Assembly: GCA_050178385.1 (NCBI GenBank)
Contig: JBFXGD010000049.1
Coordinates: 1 to 21,879, forward strand
Origin: Calditrichaceae bacterium
GTDB lineage: Bacteria > Calditrichota > Calditrichia > Calditrichales > JBFXGD01
Direction: 5' to 3'
DNA length: 21,879 nucleotides
The notes beneath the pieces were generated by a model. The model was not told the DNA's origin, ran no database searches, and saw only the letters and a list, made by a program, of their open reading frames with translations. The translations under genes were made by a program, and so were the position numbers. Below, in pieces: positions 9,211 to 17,021 of this stretch (positions within the stretch are counted from its first letter, which is position 1; every line of letters begins with the position of its first letter).

Positions 9211-9418
9211 TGTTCAGATGATATATTCCATCTGTTTCTTGCGGCATGACAATATTAACACTATGATTGCATCGTTACAAAAAAAGAACTAAATTCTAAA
9301 TCGTTGCATCTGATGGGTTTAAGTTCGTTTTACATATTAAATTGCGCGGGAAATATTGCCGTGCTTAAGTAATGGTTATAAAAATTCGTTTATTAAATCC
9401 TACTCTGGGGAGGTTGAG

Positions 9419-10543
9419 ATGAAAAAGCTCAGCTTAATTTTGCTGATATTCGTTTGTTTCGGTACCGTATTTAGTCAACCACCTAATGGAAGCTACAGCT
9501 TAATTCATACCCAAAGCGCGAGATCGTTTGAAAAGGGTCGTCTCGAGCTGCACACAAATATGAACTTTTATACGAAACTTGCGGACTATATTGGCGATCC
9601 AAGCTTGCGGCCTGCAGATTTCAATTCATACAACCTGTGGGTAGCTGCCGGAAACATCGCTTTAACATACGGTGTGCTTGATCATTTTGATATTACCATA
9701 GCTCCTCGTATTTATCAGGACACACAACAAAAAGATGAATATAATTTACCCGATGATATTTTTGTAACCCTTAAGCTCGGCTCATTTGCTTTCGGTGACC
9801 GAAAATTTTATGGGGCATTTATGAGCAATTTACGATTGCCGACCGGTGATGTGCACAATTATCCTTTTACATCATACGCCAGCGGCGCTTTTGAATTTGG
9901 TTTTACGGGAGCGGTTTCCTATTATGCGGATGCTTATTTACCGGAAAGAGCATGGAATGTTCATCTGAATCTCGGATGGTGGAATCATAATGAAGCCGGG
10001 GAGGAATTAGCGAAGAATAAATTTGCTACTAAAAATTCAACCGAAATACAGTATGCTCTGGGCTTTGTTTACCCCACCAGCATTTTTGATTTTACACTGG
10101 AATTAAACGGTATCAGTTATATTGATCAGCCTGATCCGTTCGTCTACGCCCGCGAAGACTGGATGTATATTACGCCAAGTTTGCGTTATAAAGCGTTGTC
10201 GTGGCTTTCATTTGATCTTGGTGTCGATATTCGTGTGACTGGTGGTACGGAAGAATCCATCTATACCTTCGACAGAATTGATTTGCCGAACTATACAAGC
10301 TGGCAGGTACAAATGGGGGCAAACATTACCATATTGCCACTGGTTTCTGTCGGGAAAAGTTCAGTCCAGCTGGAAAAAGAAGAATTTAACAAGCGCGTAA
10401 AGTTTTTCCAGAAAATCCTCGAAGACCGTCAGCGTTCTGATGAGGTACAGGAAGAACTGGAAAAATTAAAAGCGGAACGCGAAGCCGCCGAGCGGGAATT
10501 GGAAGAGTTAAAACAAATTCTGCAGGAAGAAGGCAGTTATTAA
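9419..10543 (+). CDS. Predicted outer-membrane beta-barrel protein with C-terminal coiled coil (paralog B)
   Basis: Start reassigned to ATG 9419 (GGGGAGG RBS directly upstream, signal peptide MKKLSLILLIFVCFGTVFS-Q). Same strand pattern as paralog A. C-terminal 'EEFNKRVKFFQKILEDRQRSDEVQEELEKLKAEREAAERELEELKQIL'. Confidence 0.7.
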   Translation: MKKLSLILLIFVCFGTVFSQPPNGSYSLIHTQSARSFEKGRLELHTNMNFYTKLADYIGDPSLRPADFNSYNLWVAAGNIALTYGVLDHFDITIAPRIYQDTQQKDEYNLPDDIFVTLKLGSFAFGDRKFYGAFMSNLRLPTGDVHNYPFTSYASGAFEFGFTGAVSYYADAYLPERAWNVHLNLGWWNHNEAGEELAKNKFATKNSTEIQYALGFVYPTSIFDFTLELNGISYIDQPDPFVYAREDWMYITPSLRYKALSWLSFDLGVDIRVTGGTEESIYTFDRIDLPNYTSWQVQMGANITILPLVSVGKSSVQLEKEEFNKRVKFFQKILEDRQRSDEVQEELEKLKAEREAAERELEELKQILQEEGSY

Positions 10544-10547
10544 TATT

Positions 10548-10582
10548 AAAATCCCCTGTTCTGGCAGGGGATTTTTATTTTT
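10548..10582 (+). terminator. Rho-independent terminator, possibly bidirectional
   Basis: 11-bp stem AAAATCCCCTG (10548-10558) / CAGGGGATTTT (10565-10575) followed by a T-rich tract, immediately after the stop at 10543. Confidence 0.88.
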
Positions 10583-10739
10583 ATAATTAATGTTCATTAT
10601 TGATAAAATTGTTTTGCCTCATTATTGCTTCATGACTAAGATCTGAATCATAAAAATAAACATTCGAAAAAGCCTTGGGAATGTTTTCATTTTTTGTATG
10701 GTAGATGGTCATATTTGTGATGATGCGGAGCATGCAATC

Positions 10740-10768
10740 TTGATTAAAGAGTAAAAAAAAAGTAAATT
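10740..10768 (+). promoter_or_regulatory. Probable sigma70-type promoter for the SpoIID-prfB-lysS-lol cluster
   Basis: TTGATT (10740-10745) - N17 - TAAATT (10763-10768), ending 30 nt before ATG 10799. Confidence 0.5.
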
Positions 10769-10798
10769 TAAGCCAAGTTAAAAAAATATCCGAAGAGT

Positions 10799-12394
10799 AT
10801 GAATTCTAATAAGCAAATACTATTTCAGACAAGGGGCGGAAAACCGGCTGTAGATGTCTGTATATTCAGAAATCAAAAGTATATTGATTTTAAGATTGAT
10901 GAAAAGTTGTTTGATGTCATGGATCTTGAAGGTAATACAATCCTTGCCGGGGTATTGAGTAACAGAGTGTGGCGTATAAAAATCAAGGAATCAATGCCCG
11001 CGGTTTACAGCTATTATCTGATTCTTGGTGAGTCATCGGATATTGCCTCTATTCAGAAAAACTATGAAGACTTTCAAAAATCAGTAAGCAATATTACAAT
11101 TATTGATACCGGCGGAGACGTTTATCTCGGTGAACAGTTTTTAACATCCAATAAGAAGTATTTACTGCTGGCGGGGCCTTTTGAAGATGAGCGGACAGCC
11201 AGACATAATTCAAAACTGTTCGGACAGCTAAATCATTGTCGCCTTCACCGTCAGTTAGTCAAAGCCGGATCGGGTGTTCTTGAAATATTTGATGGGGAAT
11301 ATGAAATAAGCGCCGAGGTAAAAGATGGAATAAAGCTCGTTCCGCATGATTATTCCACAGTGATTGAACTTGAGCATTTTGAAATCTATAATCATAATAA
11401 TGATAAACGTCAGCATGAACAATTATTTTATCCCGGAGAAATGACTATCAGAATTGATGAGAATGAACTTCTCGCGGGAGTGAGCTCTGTCTGTGTTGAA
11501 GAGTATCTTAAAGGAGTAATTCACTCCGAAATCGGTGCGGACGAACCTTATGAGTTCGTAAAAAGTATGGCTATTGTTGCCCGGAGCGAAGTATTCGCAA
11601 GATTCGGCCAAAAACATATCGGGGAACTTTTTGATTTTTGCGGCGATGGACATTGTCTAAGGTATTTTGGGAAAAAATTCAATGATCCCGTCATTGAGCG
11701 GGCAGTGCAGGAGACACAGGGACAAGTGCTGGGAGATAAAAAAAGAGTTTGCGATGCTCATTTTACTTATTCCTGCGGAGGTCATACTGAGAATGCCGCT
11801 GATGTCTGGTTAACGAGTACATCCAATTTTTCAATCGGGAAATATGACGGCAATTCAAACAAAAATAATAAAGTGGATCTGACCAGGGAAGAAGAGGGGC
11901 GAGAGTGGATACTGAAAAGGCCGGATGTTTATTGCAACCTGGTAGCCTATGAGCCGCCTGCGGCTTTGAAAGACGCTACCGAAACATTCCGGTGGGAAGT
12001 TTTCTATACCAGAAATGAATTGGAGCAAATTCTCGAAGAAAAAACCGGGGAGCAGCCTGGGATTATCTACGAAATTATACCCAAAAAACGTGGTGTTTCC
12101 GGCAGATTAAAAGAAGTTGAGATTCTCGGAAGTTTGAAAAATATTACTATCAAAGGCGAACTGAATATAAGATCCGCGTTTTCGGATGGTTTGTTAAAAA
12201 GTTCATGCTTCTTTGTGCAGCCGGATGTGGATGATGATGGCGTTCCCATAAATTTTATGTTCATCGGGGCCGGAATGGGTCATGGTGTCGGGCTTTGTAA
12301 AGTTGGAGCCGCCATGATGGCGAAGGATAAAAAAACAGCAAATGAAATTCTCCTTCATTATTTTGAAAAAAGTAAAATCATAAAAATTTATTAA
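10799..12394 (+). CDS. SpoIID/LytB-domain protein (lytic transglycosylase family)
   Basis: Motifs 'VEEYLKGVIHSEIG', 'KSMAIVARS', 'H..ELFDFCGDGHC.RY.G', 'AVQETQGQVL', 'YSCGGHTEN', 'RGVSGR', 'GAGMGHGVGLC..GA..MA...EILLHYF'. No signal peptide is evident. Confidence 0.88.
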   Translation: MNSNKQILFQTRGGKPAVDVCIFRNQKYIDFKIDEKLFDVMDLEGNTILAGVLSNRVWRIKIKESMPAVYSYYLILGESSDIASIQKNYEDFQKSVSNITIIDTGGDVYLGEQFLTSNKKYLLLAGPFEDERTARHNSKLFGQLNHCRLHRQLVKAGSGVLEIFDGEYEISAEVKDGIKLVPHDYSTVIELEHFEIYNHNNDKRQHEQLFYPGEMTIRIDENELLAGVSSVCVEEYLKGVIHSEIGADEPYEFVKSMAIVARSEVFARFGQKHIGELFDFCGDGHCLRYFGKKFNDPVIERAVQETQGQVLGDKKRVCDAHFTYSCGGHTENAADVWLTSTSNFSIGKYDGNSNKNNKVDLTREEEGREWILKRPDVYCNLVAYEPPAALKDATETFRWEVFYTRNELEQILEEKTGEQPGIIYEIIPKKRGVSGRLKEVEILGSLKNITIKGELNIRSAFSDGLLKSSCFFVQPDVDDDGVPINFMFIGAGMGHGVGLCKVGAAMMAKDKKTANEILLHYFEKSKIIKIY

Positions 12395-12403
12395 GCAGGA
12401 TCC

Positions 12404-13508
12404 ATGAATACAGAATTGTTAGAAAAAGTGAGTGCATACAAGGAACGTTTGAGCAAGTTACGGAGTTATCTTTGACCTTGACAAAAAGGACGAAGAGTTA
12501 AAGGCGTTGGAGCAAAAAACGCTTGCGGATGATTTCTGGCAGGATAATGAACTCGCGCAGGCGGTTTTCAAAGAAATAAATCAGAAAAAAGAATGGGTCG
12601 ATAAGTGGAATGCATGTAAGGCTCAATTTGATGATATTGAAATTTTAATCGAATTGCAAAAAGAGGAAGATGACGATTCAATCGACGATGAATTGATCAG
12701 TCAGGTAGATAAATTAGAGAATAATCTAAATGATCTGGAATTCCGCCGTATGCTTGGCGGAATCAATGACCCGAAAAACGCCATTCTTACTATCCATCCG
12801 GGCGCCGGTGGGACAGAAAGCCAGGATTGGGCTGAAATGCTCATGAGAATGTATCTGCGTTACGCCGAAAGAAAGGGATTTCAATCAGAGGTTCTTGATT
12901 ATCAGGCGGGAGACGAAGCCGGGCTAAAGAGCGCAACGATTGAAATTACGGGTGACTACAGCTATGGATATCTGCGGGCGGAGGCGGGTGTTCACCGTCT
13001 TGTCAGGATTTCACCATTTGATGCTAACAGCAGAAGACATACTTCATTCGCGTCCGTATTTGTCCTTCCGGAGATTGATGTAGATATCGACGTGGATATT
13101 AATCCGGTAGATCTAAGAATTGATACTTACAGGGCCAGCGGGGCGGGTGGACAGCATGTAAATAAGACGGATTCCGCTATCCGGATTACGCATATCCCAA
13201 GCGGAATCGTAGTTCAATGCCAGAATGAAAGATCACAGCATAAAAATAAAGCAAACGCGATGAAAATTCTTGCATCCAGGTTATATCAGAAAAAACTGGA
13301 AGAGCAGCGTGAAAAAATGAAGGAATACGAAAACACCAAAAGAGATATTGCCTGGGGCAGTCAGATACGTTCATATGTTTTTCATCCATACAATATGGTC
13401 AAGGATCATCGTACCAATGTTGAAACCAGTAACACTCAAAATGTCATGGATGGGGATCTGGATCAATTTGTCGAAAAATATCTGATCGATTTTGGGACAA
13501 GCGATTGA
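12404..13508 (+). CDS. prfB: Peptide chain release factor 2, translated via a +1 programmed frameshift (about 367 aa)
   Basis: ATG 12404 (AGGA RBS) encodes MNTELLEKVSAYKERLSKLRSYL, then CTT TGA C at 12470-12476. The +1 frame continues D-L-D-K-K... into the listed ORF 12507..13508. RF2 motifs: SPF tripeptide ('RISPFD'), 'GAGGQHVN', 'WGSQIRSYV'. Confidence 0.98.
12461..12476 (+). promoter_or_regulatory. prfB +1 ribosomal frameshift cassette
   Basis: CGGAGT TAT CTT TGA C: an internal SD-like GGAG upstream of the slippery CTT-T and an in-frame UGA-C stop, matching the canonical RF2 autoregulatory site. Confidence 0.97.
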
Positions 13509-13539
13509 GCATCATAAAGGGAAATAGAAGGAGTTCGTT

Positions 13540-15033
13540 TTGGAAGACTTTAATCAGCTTATAGAAATAAGAAAAGAAAAACTTGAAAAAATCCGTGAAA
13601 TGGGTATTAACCCGTATCCGCATAAATTTGATCAGACCCACTTTTCTGCCGATGTTATATCCGGTTTTGATACCCTAAATGATCAGGTCGTCTCGATCGC
13701 GGGAAGAATTATGTCTGTCAGGCTTATGGGTAAGGCTTCATTCTGCCATATTCAGGACAGCAAGGGACGCATACAGGTTTATCTTCGTTCCGATCAGATC
13801 GGTGAAAAAATGTTTGAGCTTTTTAAGATTTTGGATATCGGGGACTTCATAGGAATAACCGGAAAAGTATTTAAAACACGTACCGAAGAGATATCAGTCC
13901 ATGCGTCTGAGTTGACACTTCTTTCGAAATCACTCAGACCTCTGCCAATCGTAAAAGAAAAAGAGGAAGATGGTCAAAAGGTTGTTTATGATCAGTTTGC
14001 CGACAAAGAGATGCGCTACAGACAGAGATATGTTGACCTTGTGGTCAATCCTGATGTGAAAGAAGTGTTTGTTAAACGCAGCAAAATTGTGACTGCTATC
14101 AGGGAATTTTTAAACGAATATGATTTTCTTGAAGTGGAAACTCCGGTTCTTCAACCCATATATGGCGGTGCGACTGCGCGTCCATTCAAAACACACCATA
14201 ACGCGCTGGACACAACATTATACCTGCGAATCGCGAACGAGCTTTATCTGAAACGGCTAATCGTCGGCGGATTTGACCGCGTATATGAATTTGCCAAGGA
14301 TTTTCGCAATGAAGGCATGGACCGTTTTCATAATCCTGAATTTACACAGGTTGAACTCTATGTAGCACATAAAGATTATGTCTGGATGATGGATTTTGTG
14401 GAAAAATTGTTTAATCATGTGGCAGTTAAAGTTATGGGAAGTCCAAAGGTTCAATTTAACGGGCACGAGATTGATCTTACTCCGCCCTGGAGAAGATTAA
14501 CCATGTTTGACGCGATTAAGGAATTCACAAAAACAGATATCAGTCGCATGGATGAATCCCAGCTTAGGGAAACTGCTAAAAAACTGAATCTTGAAGTGGG
14601 GCCGGAACTGGGAACCGGAAAGATTATTGATGAAATTTTCGGTGAATTTGTTGAACCGAATTTAATTCAGCCAACATTCATTATGGATTACCCGGTTGAA
14701 ATGTCGCCTCTTGCCAAAAAACACCGTGTTCATGATGGATTGGTGGAAAGATTTGAGCCAATTATCGGCGGGAAAGAAGTCGGGAATTCCTTCACGGAAT
14801 TAAATGATCCAATCGATCAGCGTGAGCGATTTATGGAACAGATGGAACTTAAGGAGAGGGGTGATGAGGAGGCGCAGGTTCTGGATGAAGATTTTCTCCG
14901 CGCCCTCGAAACAGGAATGCCACCGACGGCCGGACTTGGTATCGGAATCGACCGGCTTGTTATGCTTTTTACAAACCAGTCAAGTATTCGTGACGTTATC
15001 TTTTTCCCTCAAATGCGACCAGAAAGCAAGTAA
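13540..15033 (+). CDS. lysS: Lysine--tRNA ligase (class II)
   Basis: TTG start with an AAGGAG RBS. OB-fold '[15 protein letters not shown]', 'RYRQRYVDL', '[13 protein letters not shown]', '[13 protein letters not shown]', 'FRNEG', '[15 protein letters not shown]'. Conserved prfB-lysS gene order. Confidence 0.98.
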   Translation: MEDFNQLIEIRKEKLEKIREMGINPYPHKFDQTHFSADVISGFDTLNDQVVSIAGRIMSVRLMGKASFCHIQDSKGRIQVYLRSDQIGEKMFELFKILDIGDFIGITGKVFKTRTEEISVHASELTLLSKSLRPLPIVKEKEEDGQKVVYDQFADKEMRYRQRYVDLVVNPDVKEVFVKRSKIVTAIREFLNEYDFLEVETPVLQPIYGGATARPFKTHHNALDTTLYLRIANELYLKRLIVGGFDRVYEFAKDFRNEGMDRFHNPEFTQVELYVAHKDYVWMMDFVEKLFNHVAVKVMGSPKVQFNGHEIDLTPPWRRLTMFDAIKEFTKTDISRMDESQLRETAKKLNLEVGPELGTGKIIDEIFGEFVEPNLIQPTFIMDYPVEMSPLAKKHRVHDGLVERFEPIIGGKEVGNSFTELNDPIDQRERFMEQMELKERGDEEAQVLDEDFLRALETGMPPTAGLGIGIDRLVMLFTNQSSIRDVIFFPQMRPESK

Positions 15034-15039
15034 ACAATT

Positions 15040-16275
15040 ATGTCTTTTGAAACCTTTATAGCGAAGCGGTACCTGCGCGCAAAGCGCAGGACCGGTTTTA
15101 TTTCAATTATCACATATGTGTCAATCGGCGGCGTGGCAATCGGTGTAACCGCGCTGATTCTTGTGCTTTCCGTCATGAACGGATTCGAGCAGGAAGTACG
15201 TTCGAGACTTATCGGAGCCGACGCCCACCTCCGTCTTCGCAAGTATTTTACCGAGACTATTACCGAACCTGATTCTATTTTAAAGATTGTAAGGGGCATT
15301 CCCCATGTAACCGGTGCGTCTCCGACAATTTTTGAAGAGGGAATGGTAAAATCCAAGACCACGCAACGACCTACAGCAATAAAAGCGATCGATCCCAAAA
15401 CGGCGGATTCAGTCACCGAAATTTCCAAAAACATCGTGCTGGGGAAACTGGATTTTTCCCCAAAGGAGATCAACGGGCGGATGATGCCCGGAATTGTGCT
15501 GGGTCGTTATCTGGCTGACGCCATTCTTGCTCTCCATGTGGGAGATGTGGTAACGCTATGGATTATGCCATCGGAAGGCGGGGTTTTTGTTCAGCCTAAA
15601 ATTATGCAGTTTTATGTGGCCGGGCTTGTTGAGTTCGGCTATTACGAGTATGATAAGATATTTTCTTATATCTCCATCCAGGACGCGCAAAAACTGTTCG
15701 ATCTCAATACGGGGGTCACATGGATTGAGATAAAACTTGATAATTATGAACTGGCTAATGAAGTAAAAGTAGATATTGAAAACAAACTGGGATACCCTTA
15801 TACGGCATTGACATGGTTCGATTTAAACAGATCACTATTCTCCTGGATGGAAATCGAAAAATGGGGAGCATTTGTGATTCTGAGCTTGATCATCATGGTA
15901 GCCGCCTTTAATATCATCAGCTCGCTGGTGATGGTAGTCATGGAAAAAACCCGGGAAATCGGAATTTTAAAATCAATGGGCGCTTCATCAAAAAGTATTA
16001 TGAAAATTTTTATGTTTGAGGGACTGCTGGTGGGATTGGTTGGTACAGCACTGGGAAGTCTCCTTGGCTACTCAATAGGATTCCTGCAGCTTCATTATCA
16101 TTTAATTTCGCTCCCGTCAGATGTTTACCTGATAAATGCCTTGCCAATTGAAATGAATGTGCTGGATTTTATAGCCATAGCGGTGGTGGCGATATTTTTA
16201 AGCTTGATCGCCTCGGTTTATCCCGCTTACAAAGCATCTAAATTAGTCCCGGTGGAAGCAATCAGATATGAATAA
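15040..16275 (+). CDS. Lipoprotein-releasing ABC transporter permease, LolC/LolE (LolF-like) family
   Basis: 'FIAKRYLRAKR..FISII..SIGGVAIGV.ALI.VLSVMNGF', 'LIIMVAAFNIISSL.M.VMEKTREIGILKSMGA', 'YPAYKAS.L.PVEAIRYE'. Directly upstream of lolD. Confidence 0.93.
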   Translation: MSFETFIAKRYLRAKRRTGFISIITYVSIGGVAIGVTALILVLSVMNGFEQEVRSRLIGADAHLRLRKYFTETITEPDSILKIVRGIPHVTGASPTIFEEGMVKSKTTQRPTAIKAIDPKTADSVTEISKNIVLGKLDFSPKEINGRMMPGIVLGRYLADAILALHVGDVVTLWIMPSEGGVFVQPKIMQFYVAGLVEFGYYEYDKIFSYISIQDAQKLFDLNTGVTWIEIKLDNYELANEVKVDIENKLGYPYTALTWFDLNRSLFSWMEIEKWGAFVILSLIIMVAAFNIISSLVMVVMEKTREIGILKSMGASSKSIMKIFMFEGLLVGLVGTALGSLLGYSIGFLQLHYHLISLPSDVYLINALPIEMNVLDFIAIAVVAIFLSLIASVYPAYKASKLVPVEAIRYE

Positions 16276-16969
16276 TGTAATGATAGATATAAAAGATGTC
16301 TACAAAAGTTATGAAAACGGCCCTCAAAAGGTTGATGTAATTAAGGGTATCAGCCTTCAGGTGAATCAGGCGGAAGTTGTAGTGATAATGGGTCCGTCAG
16401 GTGTTGGGAAAAGCACGCTTCTGCATCTTATTGGCGCACTCGATTTGCCTACAAGCGGAGAAATAAAAATTGCCGATCAGAATATTCATACGCTCAGGAA
16501 TGATTCGCTTGCCAGGTTCAGGAATGATTCAATTGGCTTTGTGTTTCAGTTCCATCATCTTCTTCCCGAATTTACGGCATTGGAAAATATTTTAATTCCG
16601 GCGATGATGTACGGAAAACTCTCCGTTGAAAAAGAAGAATACGCAAAGCATATACTGGATGAAGTGGGATTGTCTCACCGGTTAAATCACAAGCCGCGTG
16701 AACTATCCGGCGGGGAGCAGCAGCGTGTTGCGGTAGGCAGGGCGCTGGTAAATCAGCCAAAGGTAATTCTAGCCGATGAGCCGACGGGAAATCTGGACAA
16801 AAAAAGCGGTGAATCCCTTTACTCGCTTCTGCTGGATTTGAATAAAAAGCTGAAACAAACTCTGATTATTGTAACACATAATGAAAACATGACTTCACAG
16901 GCGTCGAGAGTGATCGAGATGGACGATGGGAAAATAGGCAAGCAGATTATCAGAGAAACTAATTCATAA
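16268..16969 (+). CDS. lolD: Lipoprotein-releasing ABC transporter ATP-binding subunit
   Basis: Walker A GPSGVGKST, LolD-type motif 'GFVFQFHHLLPEFTALEN', signature LSGGEQQR, Walker B 'ILADEPTGNLD'. Overlaps the permease gene by 8 nt. Confidence 0.93.
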   Translation: MNNVMIDIKDVYKSYENGPQKVDVIKGISLQVNQAEVVVIMGPSGVGKSTLLHLIGALDLPTSGEIKIADQNIHTLRNDSLARFRNDSIGFVFQFHHLLPEFTALENILIPAMMYGKLSVEKEEYAKHILDEVGLSHRLNHKPRELSGGEQQRVAVGRALVNQPKVILADEPTGNLDKKSGESLYSLLLDLNKKLKQTLIIVTHNENMTSQASRVIEMDDGKIGKQIIRETNS

Positions 16970-17021
16970 ATCTGGTTTATTGTCACAATTAATAAAACAT
17001 CAACAATAAGATCTACCCATT

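Noticed and set aside
9215..9240. Hairpin CAGATG-N8-CATCTG followed by TTTCTT after paralog A
   Set aside because: Only a 6-bp stem with an interrupted U-tract. It could be a weak terminator but is too weak to call.
9356..9418. ORF-track N-terminal extension of barrel paralog B from TTG 9356
   Set aside because: A strong GGAGG RBS and a classic signal peptide begin at ATG 9419, matching paralog A's start.
10583..10601. Fur-box-like sequence ATAATTAATGTTCATTATT
   Set aside because: Only 11/19 matches to the consensus in very AT-rich DNA, and no iron-related genes are adjacent.
10799..12394. SpoIID as evidence of sporulation
   Set aside because: SpoIID/LytB domains are widespread in non-sporulating diderms, and the context (Lol system, OM barrels) is Gram-negative.
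12470..12476. In-frame TGA in prfB read as a pseudogene lesion, sequencing error or selenocysteine codon
   Set aside because: It matches the canonical RF2 frameshift site, and the coding sequence continues in the +1 frame, not the same frame.
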